Origin: Holophagales bacterium
GTDB lineage: Bacteria > Acidobacteriota > Thermoanaerobaculia > Multivoradales > UBA5704
Direction of reading: 5' to 3'
Assembly: GCA_031404815.1 (NCBI GenBank)
Contig: JANNIH010000081.1
Coordinates: 1,972-65,971 of the forward strand
Length of the DNA stretch: 64,000 nt
The position numbers and the translations under genes are program-made. The notes beneath the pieces were generated by a model. It had not been told where the DNA came from. It made no database searches and saw nothing but the letters and a program-made list of their open reading frames with translations. Within the stretch, counting starts at the first letter, position 1. Each line of letters opens with the position of its first letter. Of this stretch, positions 50,578 through 60,917 are shown one piece after another.

Positions 50578-53298
50578 ATGCGCCGCTACGTATCGATCGC
50601 GTTGCTCCTGTTCGCGGCGAGCGTCCAGGCCCAGGCGTTAACGCCTTACCTGATTCGCGACCTGAACACCGGAACGGTGGGAATCGGCTCGTCACCGAAG
50701 ATCCTCGCGAGCCTGGGCGAGCGCGCCCTGGTCCTGCTGGATCAAGGCCGGGACCTCTGGTCGAGCGACGGCACTCCGGAAGGAACGACCCTCCTGGTCC
50801 GGAGCGAGGGCTTCGTCGAGTTCGCCGTCGTCTTTCCCGGACAGCGCCTCGCCTACCTGATCGAGCAGCGATCGGACAGCCGTCGCTATTGGGCGACCGA
50901 CGGTACCGCGGCCGGCACCTATCCGCTCACCGCGGATTTTCTCCAGGCCCCTCCTCCCACCTGGCAGGGCCAGTTTCTGCGCGTCGCCGGAACCGATCGC
51001 ATTTTCTTCTCCGCCGGAACGCCACAGCGAGGAACCGAGCTCTGGACCAGCGACTCCACGGCCGCGGGAACGCGCCAGATCGCGGATCTGCTGCCCGGAG
51101 CGGGAGGCTCCGAGCCGCACCAGTTGACGTCTTTCCGGGGCAAAGTCTTCTTCGCCGCCGATGACGGCCGCGGCATTTCCCTCTGGTCCACCGATGGCAC
51201 GGCCAACGGCACCCGCCTGATTCTGGATCCCGACCCACGCCGCCGCCAGAGGTTCAGTCCCCAATCGTTCCAGGTGGTCGGCCAGAGCCTCTTTTTCCTC
51301 GTCCCGACCGCCAACGGCTGGTTCCTCTGGAAGAGCGACGGCACCGCGAGCGGCACCCGCTCGATCGCGAAGATCGCGCCGTACCGGCCAGGGCGGGATT
51401 ACAGCATTCAGACGATCGCCCACCTGGACCGCCTCTTTCTGCTGTTCGACGACGGGAGCAACGGCCGCGAAATCTGGACCTCGAACGGCACCGCCGCAGG
51501 CACGCGGCGGATCACCGATTTCCAGGGTGTCAACGATTCGCCCCTGTCGTTTTCGCCGTACCAACTCCCGGGGCGCCTTCTCTTCAACGCGAACGATAGC
51601 GTGCACGGCACGGAGCTCTGGACCTCGAACGGCTCTCCCGGGGGAGCCCGGTTGCTCAAGGACGTCTGCCCGGAGGGGTGCAGTGGAGTGAACACCCCGC
51701 CTCGGCTCGCCTTCGGTGGCCGCCTCTATTTCACCGCCTTCACCCGCGCGCGCGGCCTGGAGCTCTGGAGCACCGACGGGACCGAGGCGGGAACGCGCCT
51801 GTTCAAAGACTTTTGCCGGGGAACCTGCGGTAGCGACCCCCGCCTTCTCGGCGGCCCGGACGGCCGGTTCTACGTCACAGCCGGGACCGCCCTCGGCAAC
51901 AGCCGGCTTTGGCGTTCCAACGGTACCTCCGCGGGCACGGTCCCGGTCACTGACGACTCGTTTTATAGCGGCGGCGACCGCGGCGTGGCCGTCGGTCGAT
52001 ATTTCCTGTTCAACGGCGAAGACGCGACCCACGGCAGCGAGCTGTGGCGCACCGAAGGAACGATCGCTACCACCCGGCTCGTCGCCGATTTCACGGCCAA
52101 CGAGCCCGGCAGCTCTTCGCCCAGAGAGTTTCACCCCACCGGTTCGCGCGCCGTCTTCCTCGCGAACGACGGCCTCAGCCCCATCGGCATCTGGTCGAGC
52201 GACGGCACCGCCGAGGGTACGCGGCTGCTGCTCGACGGGGGGTTCGAGCCCCCGCTGCTGCAATTCGCCAAGAGCGGGGAAAACCTTACCTACTTCTACA
52301 CCAGTAACTTCAGGGCTCTGTGGCGAACCGACGGCACGCCGCTGGGAACGTTTCAGGTCTCGCCGCCCGAGCTGGATTTCTACCAATCGGGAAGCACGCT
52401 GGCGATGCTTGGCGACCGGGCGTTTTTCGTCGGGCTGGACGCGGCGCATGGCGAGGAGCTTTGGACCAGCGACGGCACCGTCGCGGGAACCCATCTCGTG
52501 GCCGAGGCCCGGCCGGGGGCCGACAGCTCGCGTGCGCGCCAGCCGCGGCCCTTTTTGGGCAAAATCCTCTTCGAGGCCACCGACGAGATTTTCAACGACC
52601 AGCTCTACGTGACCGATGGAACCGCACCGGGCACGAAGAAGCTGGGCGAAGCCTATCCGTTCCTCGCCGACGTATTCAGCTTTTCTTTGGCCGGCACCAA
52701 GGTGTTTTACCCGCGGCCCGACCCAGAGGATCTCAATGAGTTTTGGGCGACCGACGGGACGGTCTCCGGCACGGCCCGGTTGTTCGATTCGAGCGTCCAG
52801 GTCTTCCGAAATTACCCGGCCGGCAACCGCCTTCTGTTCGAGACCTTCGGATCGACCTACCTCGGCCTGTATGTCAGCGACGGGACCGCCGCCGGTACCC
52901 GTAAAATCGCGGACGATCTGACCCTCGCCTACCCTCCGACCCATTTCGACCCGGCCGCGTTCGGCAACCTCATCGCGTTCGCCGCCTTTCGAGGGTCCGA
53001 CCCTTCGACCACCGCCCTTTGGGTCACCGACGGCACGGCCGCGGGAACCCGCAGCATTCTCTCGCAGGAGGGCGGTTTGCCGTTTCCGTGGCGCGCGACC
53101 CCCTACCTCGGCGGCCTGTTACTCGCGGGCGGTCCGAACCTCTGGTTCACCGACGGCACCGCGGAAGGTACGGCAGTCGTCCTCTCGGCCGCACCCGGAG
53201 TCGATGCGCCCCTCCCCGTAACCGCCGGAGACCGCGCCTATTTTTCGTGGGCCGATCTGGAAACCGGCTTGGAACCCTGGGCTCTACGGCCGGATTGA
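50578..53298 (+). CDS. Secreted ELWxxDGT-repeat protein (probable beta-propeller)
   Basis: Signal peptide; about 18 (E)LWxxDGTxxGT repeats; ends 'GLEPWAL'. Confidence 0.88.
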   Translation: MRRYVSIALLLFAASVQAQALTPYLIRDLNTGTVGIGSSPKILASLGERALVLLDQGRDLWSSDGTPEGTTLLVRSEGFVEFAVVFPGQRLAYLIEQRSDSRRYWATDGTAAGTYPLTADFLQAPPPTWQGQFLRVAGTDRIFFSAGTPQRGTELWTSDSTAAGTRQIADLLPGAGGSEPHQLTSFRGKVFFAADDGRGISLWSTDGTANGTRLILDPDPRRRQRFSPQSFQVVGQSLFFLVPTANGWFLWKSDGTASGTRSIAKIAPYRPGRDYSIQTIAHLDRLFLLFDDGSNGREIWTSNGTAAGTRRITDFQGVNDSPLSFSPYQLPGRLLFNANDSVHGTELWTSNGSPGGARLLKDVCPEGCSGVNTPPRLAFGGRLYFTAFTRARGLELWSTDGTEAGTRLFKDFCRGTCGSDPRLLGGPDGRFYVTAGTALGNSRLWRSNGTSAGTVPVTDDSFYSGGDRGVAVGRYFLFNGEDATHGSELWRTEGTIATTRLVADFTANEPGSSSPREFHPTGSRAVFLANDGLSPIGIWSSDGTAEGTRLLLDGGFEPPLLQFAKSGENLTYFYTSNFRALWRTDGTPLGTFQVSPPELDFYQSGSTLAMLGDRAFFVGLDAAHGEELWTSDGTVAGTHLVAEARPGADSSRARQPRPFLGKILFEATDEIFNDQLYVTDGTAPGTKKLGEAYPFLADVFSFSLAGTKVFYPRPDPEDLNEFWATDGTVSGTARLFDSSVQVFRNYPAGNRLLFETFGSTYLGLYVSDGTAAGTRKIADDLTLAYPPTHFDPAAFGNLIAFAAFRGSDPSTTALWVTDGTAAGTRSILSQEGGLPFPWRATPYLGGLLLAGGPNLWFTDGTAEGTAVVLSAAPGVDAPLPVTAGDRAYFSWADLETGLEPWALRPD

Positions 53299-53371
53299 CG
53301 ATTGACAAATGTCCCTAGCCCTTGTGTCAGGAGGGATGACGATCGGCCTTGGTGACTATCCTCACATTGCT

Positions 53372-53842
53372 TTAGTCACCCATAAGGGTTAGGCCCAGGC
53401 CTTCAACGAAAGTTCGCTCCAAGCCAACTATTTCTTCACGTCTCAGTTGAATGAAGGTTCGAATATCGCCATCGAAAAGCGCCTGCGCCGCTTCGTCGTT
53501 AATGGCGTGACTCCTGAGGAGCCGGGAATGTCCAAAGAGGCTGTTCTTCTCGCGCAGTAACTTTCGAAGTGCACTGGCCTCTCGCGGTTCTACCAGGAAC
53601 CGATTTTCTGGACCGCCGGAGAAAAGCGGTGCTTCTACCTCCCTGCTTGGGATCAGCTGGGGCATTGCCTCTCGCCCGAAATCGGCCAACAGCTTAAAGA
53701 GATCGGCGATTAAGTTGTCCGCGCCCGGGTTCGAAGAAGAAAAGCTCGAAGGGGGAGGAGCTGCAAGCCAAGGAAGTGCCAGGAAGTGCCAAGGAAGCGA
53801 TCGCACTGGTGCATGGATTTGAGACAATGTACCGAGGACCAC
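53372..53842 (-). pseudogene. Probable C-terminal remnant of a DUF262-type protein
   Basis: AT-richer patch; 'ENRFLV...LLRSHAINDEAAQALFDGDIRTFIQLRREEI' resembles C-terminal ends of DUF262 proteins by eye; no credible start. Confidence 0.4.
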
Positions 53843-54066
53843 AACGCGCTCTTGGCTCTACCCGCCGTCGCCGTAGCATCGGCACTGGTGGCCGCCCATA
53901 ATTACGCGGCCGAAAACCAGCCCCGCCTGCGGGCGAAGACGATCTCGACGCGGGTGATCTATCTGGATTACGATGGCGGGAGGCAAGGCGGACTTGGAGC
54001 CCGGGGCCAAGTTTCACCTGATTCGGAAGCAGGGGCAAAGAGGCTGGGAAATTCGGTGAGTTGGCT

Positions 54067-54297
54067 CCCGAATTCCATTTCGGGACTCCCGAATTCCATT
54101 TTTTGAGTCCCGAATTCCATTTTTTGAGTCCCGAATTCCATTTCGGGACTGCCGAATTCGAATTCGGGACTGCCGAATTCCATTTTCCGGACCGCGAATT
54201 CCATTTCGGGACTCCCGAATTCCATTTCTTTGGCCCCGAATTCCATTTCGGCGCCCGCGAAATCGATTTCGGCGGTCCCGAATTCGATTTCGCGGCC
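54067..54297. repeat. Tandem array of 11 x 21-bp imperfect repeats, consensus CCCGAATTCCATTTCGGGACT
   Basis: Units start at 54067, 54088, 54109, 54130, 54151, 54172, 54193, 54214, 54235, 54256 and 54277; 11 GAATTC sites; the consensus has a CCCGAA-N6-TTCGGG inverted repeat. Confidence 0.95.
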
Positions 54298-54318
54298 CGA
54301 TCGCATCGGGGGATGACC

Positions 54319-55542
54319 GTGAAAATCCTGATCGTCGTCTCACGCTCGCCCTATCCGCCGCGGCGCGGGGATCAGATGCGGGCGGTTCAGACGCTCGAGG
54401 TCCTCGGGACGACGCACGAAATCACCCTGCTCGCACCTACCGATACCAACGCGCCAACCCGTCTCGGTTCAGGCATCCGGCTTCTGACCTACCGGCCGCC
54501 GGGCCGGTTTGCCAAGATCCTGGGCGTCGGCCGCGCGGCGCTCTCGGGCCAGCCGCTCCAATCGGGGCTGTTCCGAAGCGGCGATCTGGCGAGCAAGCTC
54601 CGAGCGCTCGCACCCCGGCACGATCTTGTCCTCCTTCAGCTCGAGCGGCTGGTTGGGCTCCTCCCCGACCTCGGAGAGACACGTCTGGTCGTCGATCTGA
54701 TCGACAGCCTGGCGCTCAACTTCGAGCGGCGGGCCGAATTCGATGCCTTGCTGTTGCGCCCTGCCCTCCGCTTCGAGGCCGCCCGCCTGCTCGCCGCCGA
54801 GCGGCAGCTGGCCCGGCGCGCCTCGAAAATCTTGGTCGTTTCCGAACGGGATCGCCGCTACCTCGAAGAGCGCCTCGGCCCGGAGCTCGCCGACAAGGTC
54901 GAAGTCGTGCCGCTCGGAGTGTCGATCCCCGAAGAGCTGCCGCCGACGCTCAAGCTCTGGAAGAGGCCGGCCGGCGGAGCGACCGAAGAATCGACGTTCG
55001 AGGTTGCCGCCGACGCCCGTCGCCCGCTGCTCGCGATCACCGGCAACCTCGGCTATTTCCCGACCATCGACGGTTCGCTCTGGTTTCTCGGCGAGGTCTG
55101 GCCGAAGCTGCACGCGGCGCGCCCCGAGGTTCGGTTGCTCTTCGCCGGAGCCCGCCCCCCGGCTCGCCTGCGCGCCGCGATCTCCCGTGCGGGAGCCGAA
55201 TTGATCGAATCGCCGACGGACCTTCGCGCGATTCTTGGGCACGCGACACTCGCAATCGCACCGATGCGCGCTGGCTCGGGCCTGCCGATAAAGATCCTCG
55301 AAGCCTGGTCCGCGGGCGTTCCGGTGCTCACGACTCCTTGGACTGCGGCGGGAGTCTCGGGCCGGGCCGGGGAGGATCTCGCCGTGGTCGAGCCCGATCC
55401 GGCCGCCTGGTGCAGAGAGATTCGCCGCTTGCTCGACGACCCGGCCGCGCGGCAGCGTCTGGTCGAAAACGCCCGACAGAGACTCGCGGCGGACTTCTGC
55501 AAAGAGAGCGTGGCGGCTCGTTGGCGCGCGGCGATCGGGTAA
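54319..55542 (+). CDS. GT4 glycosyltransferase
   Basis: GTG start 'MKILIVVSRSPYPPRRGD' after a G-rich SD; 'GSGLPIKILEA'; alternative ATG at 54313. Confidence 0.85.
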   Translation: MKILIVVSRSPYPPRRGDQMRAVQTLEVLGTTHEITLLAPTDTNAPTRLGSGIRLLTYRPPGRFAKILGVGRAALSGQPLQSGLFRSGDLASKLRALAPRHDLVLLQLERLVGLLPDLGETRLVVDLIDSLALNFERRAEFDALLLRPALRFEAARLLAAERQLARRASKILVVSERDRRYLEERLGPELADKVEVVPLGVSIPEELPPTLKLWKRPAGGATEESTFEVAADARRPLLAITGNLGYFPTIDGSLWFLGEVWPKLHAARPEVRLLFAGARPPARLRAAISRAGAELIESPTDLRAILGHATLAIAPMRAGSGLPIKILEAWSAGVPVLTTPWTAAGVSGRAGEDLAVVEPDPAAWCREIRRLLDDPAARQRLVENARQRLAADFCKESVAARWRAAIG

Positions 55543-55560
55543 CGGGGGTAGAGTCGAGGA

Positions 55561-56211
55561 ATGGAACGGACACGCCGCCCGCTCACCGCCGGAGAAGAAA
55601 TCGCCAACAGCGTCACCCACGGGATCGGGCTGATCTTGAGTCTGATCGGCTTTCCCCTTCTGTTGTTCGCCGCCTCGGGGCGCCAGGACCCCTGGCAGCT
55701 CGTGGGCTATGGGGTGTTTGCGACCACCTTGGTCTTCCTCTACGGGATTTCGACGCTCTACCACGCGGCCAAACCCGGCCGGGCGAAGCAGATCCTCCGG
55801 GTGCTCGACCATTCCGCGATTTATCTCTTGATCGCCGGGACCTACACCCCGTTCACCCTCGGCGTGCTCCGCGGCGCCTGGGGTTGGACGCTGCTTGGGC
55901 TGATTTGGGGGCTCGCGGTGTTCGGCATCCTGTTCAAGAGCCTGATCGGCGTCCGGCTGCCGCGCGCCTCGGTCGTTCTCTACATCCTGATGGGCTGGCT
56001 GGTGGTGATCGCGATCCGCCCCTTGGCCGCCCAGCATGATGGCGCGGCGCTCCGTTGGCTGCTCGCGGGCGGCATTCTTTACACCGCCGGAGTCGTGTTC
56101 TACACCTGGGAGCGCCTGCACTACCATCACATGTTCTGGCACCTGTTCGTGCTCGGCGGCAGCATCTGCCACTTCCTCGCCGTGCTCTGGTACGCCGCCC
56201 CCGCGGTCTGA
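55561..56211 (+). CDS. Hemolysin III / PAQR family membrane protein
   Basis: '[10 protein letters not shown]', 'STLYH', '[17 protein letters not shown]', '[11 protein letters not shown]'. Confidence 0.92.
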   Translation: MERTRRPLTAGEEIANSVTHGIGLILSLIGFPLLLFAASGRQDPWQLVGYGVFATTLVFLYGISTLYHAAKPGRAKQILRVLDHSAIYLLIAGTYTPFTLGVLRGAWGWTLLGLIWGLAVFGILFKSLIGVRLPRASVVLYILMGWLVVIAIRPLAAQHDGAALRWLLAGGILYTAGVVFYTWERLHYHHMFWHLFVLGGSICHFLAVLWYAAPAV

Positions 56212-56262
56212 ACTCGGCTTGCCGGCCCACCGACTTTTGGCACCAGAGCACGAAGCGCCCTC

Positions 56263-56291
56263 TTGACAGCTCCAATCCCGGCGCCTATCCT
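56263..56291 (+). promoter_or_regulatory. Sigma70 promoter of groESL
   Basis: TTGACA-N17-TATCCT. Confidence 0.8.
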
Positions 56292-56292
56292 G

Positions 56293-56319
56293 TTAGCAGT
56301 CGTCGCCTGAGAGTGCTAG
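56293..56319 (+). promoter_or_regulatory. CIRCE element (HrcA operator)
   Basis: TTAGCAGTC-N9-GAGTGCTAG versus consensus TTAGCACTC-N9-GAGTGCTAA; directly after the -10 box and upstream of groES. Confidence 0.88.
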
Positions 56320-56396
56320 CAGTCGTTCCGCTGACGCTCTCTGCGGACGAGATGGAAGTTCAATCCACACATGACCTTCGAAGGAGGTATCGAGCC

Positions 56397-56684
56397 GTGA
56401 ATATTCGTCCCCTTCACGATCGGGTAGTCGTCAAGCGTATTGAGCAGGGTGAGCAGGTCCGCGGAGGCATCATCATCCCGGACACCGCCAAAGAGAAGCC
56501 GCAGGAGGCCGAGGTCGTGGCCGTGGGTCCCGGCAAGTTGAACGACGAGGGCAAGCGGATGCCGATCGACGTCAAGACCGGCGACCGCGTGTTGATCGGC
56601 AAGTACTCGGGCAGTGAGATCAAGATCGACGGTGAAGAACTCGTCATCCTCCGCGAGGACGAGATCTTGGCCGTGGTCGGATAA
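56397..56684 (+). CDS. groES: Co-chaperonin GroES
   Basis: AAGGAGGT SD, GTG start; '[12 protein letters not shown]', '[13 protein letters not shown]'. Confidence 0.97.
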   Translation: MNIRPLHDRVVVKRIEQGEQVRGGIIIPDTAKEKPQEAEVVAVGPGKLNDEGKRMPIDVKTGDRVLIGKYSGSEIKIDGEELVILREDEILAVVG

Positions 56685-56714
56685 CCAACTTCTACGACCT
56701 CAGGGAGGTTCTAA

Positions 56715-58367
<1,653 letters not shown>

Positions 58368-58410
58368 GGGAGCGCCTACGGGAGAGTCTCTCCCCGGAAT
58401 CCAGGAGAAA

Positions 58411-58438
58411 ACGGCCGGCCCTTTGCGGGGCCGGCCGT
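58411..58438. terminator. Probably bidirectional intrinsic terminator between convergent genes
   Basis: 11-bp stem ACGGCCGGCCC / GGGCCGGCCGT with a 6-nt loop; T-rich run after it on + and an A-run before it. Confidence 0.8.
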
Positions 58439-58464
58439 CTTGTTTTCCCAGCGGATTGAGAAAT

Positions 58465-59091
58465 CTAGAAGTGGGCGCGCAGACCGAGGTAAACCTTGGT
58501 CTGCAGGCTGTCCTCCGCATCCTGGACCAGGTCGAAACGGCCGGCGCCGAAAGCGCTCAGGTGCTCGCCGAGGAAGAGATCGACCCCGAACTGGGCGTTG
58601 ACTCCGACTTTGTTCTTCGTTCCGGTTTCGTCCGGATTGTCCTTGAGCAGCGCCGCGTCGATCTGGTGGAGGGCGGCGCCGGCCCCGAAGAACGTCTCGA
58701 CATTGCCGAACGGCACCACGCCGATCAAATTGGCGCCGATCGACAGGTCGCTCGCCTTCTCGCCGCCGCGCGCCTCGGAGGTCTCCCAGTAGGCGACCTC
58801 GGGCTCGATGTAACCACGAATCCCGCGATCGACCGAACCGTAGTCCTCCTCGTTCTTGTGACCCGCACGAATGCGTAACGAGACGGTCAGATACGGCTCG
58901 GTGATACCGCTGTTCGAGGGCTCGATCAGACCGATGCCGACACCCAGGGCGAACCGATTCTCTTCTTTGTAATCCGCGTAGGGATCCCGATTCGGATCGC
59001 CATCCCGACTCTGCGGATCTTGAGCCCGCGCTACGGCCGCGGGCAACATCAGGGCCGCCCCTACGGCTACCACGGTGAGCCAATGTTTCAT
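58465..59091 (-). CDS. Outer-membrane beta-barrel protein (8-strand type)
   Basis: AGGAGG SD; signal peptide; alternating beta-strand pattern; C-terminal Phe ('YLGLRAHF'). Confidence 0.75.
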   Translation of the reverse strand: MKHWLTVVAVGAALMLPAAVARAQDPQSRDGDPNRDPYADYKEENRFALGVGIGLIEPSNSGITEPYLTVSLRIRAGHKNEEDYGSVDRGIRGYIEPEVAYWETSEARGGEKASDLSIGANLIGVVPFGNVETFFGAGAALHQIDAALLKDNPDETGTKNKVGVNAQFGVDLFLGEHLSAFGAGRFDLVQDAEDSLQTKVYLGLRAHF

Positions 59092-59167
59092 GCCCGATTC
59101 CCTCCTGTTGCGTAAGAGCCCACGGTCAATAACGAGCGAGAGCCTCAGTTCCTTTTCGGCGCAAGAG

Positions 59168-59185
59168 TTGCAAGTTTCCGGCCAA
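59168..59185 (-). promoter_or_regulatory. Putative sigma54 (-24/-12) promoter
   Basis: TTGGCCGGAAACTTGCAA on the minus strand: GG-N10-GC with TGGC and TTGC cores. Confidence 0.55.
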
Positions 59186-59216
59186 TTCTAGCAAAAAGCA
59201 CTGGGCGCCGCATTTT

Positions 59217-59669
59217 TCAGGACCTGGCTTGCGGGGGTTCGAGAGGCGCGAAGAGATCACCGATCCCGGACACCTCGCCGAGAGGCACGCCGAGGTACTC
59301 GATCCAGGCGTGCGCGACCAGGCTCTCTCCCTCTTTGCGCACGCCGAAGCGGAGTTCGGTTAGGACCCCTTCCTCGGCCAGAAACGAGCGGAGGGCGAGC
59401 GCCCGAGGTACACAGTGCATGGGGTAGAGATGATGGCGGGCGGCGATGTCGACCGCGCGGACCCAAGGTGCGATCGAACTCTCACCGCCGGCCCCAGGCT
59501 CCGGCTTTCGACGGTCGAGGGAGGCGGCCACACGGGCGAAGCCCTGGGCACGCACCCGGAGATCGAGCGCGAGGAGACGGAGGGCGGCACGGATCAATCG
59601 CCGCCGATCCAGCGCAGAAAAAGCGCGCAGTCGGCGCAGGTTAGACCACCGAAAGGTTCGCGGAGACAT
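59217..59669 (-). CDS. Lasso peptide leader peptidase (B2, transglutaminase-like)
   Basis: 'HCVPRALAL' catalytic Cys, 'FGVRK', 'AHAWIE'. Confidence 0.9.
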   Translation of the reverse strand: MSPRTFRWSNLRRLRAFSALDRRRLIRAALRLLALDLRVRAQGFARVAASLDRRKPEPGAGGESSIAPWVRAVDIAARHHLYPMHCVPRALALRSFLAEEGVLTELRFGVRKEGESLVAHAWIEYLGVPLGEVSGIGDLFAPLEPPQARS

Positions 59670-59952
59670 CGATCAATCCGTGCCGCACGAGCTCGTGGAG
59701 CAGGCGGTCGAGATCAGCGGTCACCGTCTCGCGGTCGATTTCGAACTCAGCCAACAGGCGATCTCGAACATCGCCGAGCACCGCTCCTCCGACGAGAAGC
59801 GCCCAGGCGCGGGTTCCGACTTCGTTCAGACCGTAGTAGGTGCCCAACTCGACATTGAGAATGACCATCTCGCCACCGACCTCGCGGGCGAGGACGCCTT
59901 CTCGGGGGCGGACAATGCTGGTGGGCGAGTACTCCAAAGTCGAAATGGTCAT
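59641..59952 (-). CDS. PqqD-family RiPP recognition element (lasso B1)
   Basis: 'EVGGEMVILNVELGTYYGLNEVGTRAWALL...DLDRLLHEL..HGLI'. Confidence 0.9.
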   Translation of the reverse strand: MTISTLEYSPTSIVRPREGVLAREVGGEMVILNVELGTYYGLNEVGTRAWALLVGGAVLGDVRDRLLAEFEIDRETVTADLDRLLHELVRHGLIDVSANLSVV

Positions 59953-59969
59953 GAATTTTCAAGAAGTTA

Positions 59970-60917
59970 TCACAGGGTCGCGAGGCGTTCGAGGATCGCC
60001 TCGCGCACCTCTGGCAGATGCTCGAGGCCGTTCGGATAGACCAGACGAAAGACAGGAACCCGCTCGGCAACCGCAACCAACCGCTCGAAACGTCGGGCGA
60101 CGCCGATCGCCGCTTCGCCGAGCGCGCCGAGGAAGGAGTGGCGTACCAGCTCGATCGTGGCTTCGCGCGGCGTGAGGCGAGTGATCTCAATGTTTGAGCC
60201 CTCCCGGACGGGCAAGAACAACGCGCCGAGCTCGGCCGCGGAATCATGGAAGGCGCCGAGGCCGTTCCCGCCAACGGGGACGCGCAGCTTGTCGAAATCG
60301 GGATGCACCGGCTCGAGCTGGTGAGCATTCTCGACGAATTCTTCAGCCGCGCTTGGCCAGAGCCGCATCTGCGGAAAGCTGGGCTGCGCAAGAACACCGC
60401 CGGTCCCGTCGATGTCGACGGCAAGAACGTCGTCGGTGAGCAACAGGAAGCCAGCGTCCAGGAAGCAGGCCGCGAGACTACTCTTGCCGGCCCGGTTAAA
60501 TCCAAGGAAGCCAACGGCTCCCCCAGGAAGGACTACCGCAGAGCCATGCAAGCAGGTCGCACCGGCCTGTTCGAGCCAGAGCGTCGAGACCAAACCGAGG
60601 AAAAAGATCTCCGCTTCGCCGACTGTGCCACCCTTGAGCTGGTAGTAAATGCCTCCCGCGGCGACATCGAAGCAGGCCACGCCTTTTAGCTGCAGGCGCA
60701 CGTAATTGCCGCGTCGGAATGCACGGAGCCAGGGCTCTTCTTCTAGGAGTCCACTGCTCTGATAGATCTGAACTCCGTTCCCTTCGTCGATAGCTTCAAT
60801 GGTACGGAGTGAGAGGACCGGCTCGCCTCCAACCTCGTGCAGTCGTCCGGCGAGCGCCAGTTCAGACTCGAGAATCCGGCCGTACCAGCGGTAGCGGGGG
60901 AGTGTCGGCGAGTTCAT
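59970..60917 (-). CDS. HPr-kinase-like lasso peptide kinase
   Basis: 'LHGSAV', Walker A GFNRAGKS, 'LLTDD'; ATG overlaps the cyclase TGA. Confidence 0.85.
   Translation of the reverse strand: MNSPTLPRYRWYGRILESELALAGRLHEVGGEPVLSLRTIEAIDEGNGVQIYQSSGLLEEEPWLRAFRRGNYVRLQLKGVACFDVAAGGIYYQLKGGTVGEAEIFFLGLVSTLWLEQAGATCLHGSAVVLPGGAVGFLGFNRAGKSSLAACFLDAGFLLLTDDVLAVDIDGTGGVLAQPSFPQMRLWPSAAEEFVENAHQLEPVHPDFDKLRVPVGGNGLGAFHDSAAELGALFLPVREGSNIEITRLTPREATIELVRHSFLGALGEAAIGVARRFERLVAVAERVPVFRLVYPNGLEHLPEVREAILERLATL

Noticed and set aside
53302-53392. TTGACA plus AGGAGG plus an 18-aa ORF (MTIGLGDYPHIALVTHKG); also TGACA/TGTCA as possible transposon ends
   Set aside because: No credible -10 box, SD-ATG spacing is 1 nt, and there is no transposase or target-site duplication.
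54067-54297. CRISPR array interpretation of the 21-bp repeats
   Set aside because: Units are contiguous with no unique 25-45 bp spacers, and no cas genes are in the window.
54061-54318. Repeat-encoded 86-aa N-terminal extension of the GT4 (track ORF 54061-55542)
   Set aside because: The TTG at 54061 has no SD, whereas GTG 54319 has one and gives a typical 'MKIL' GT4 start. Kept only as a hypothesis under the array finding.
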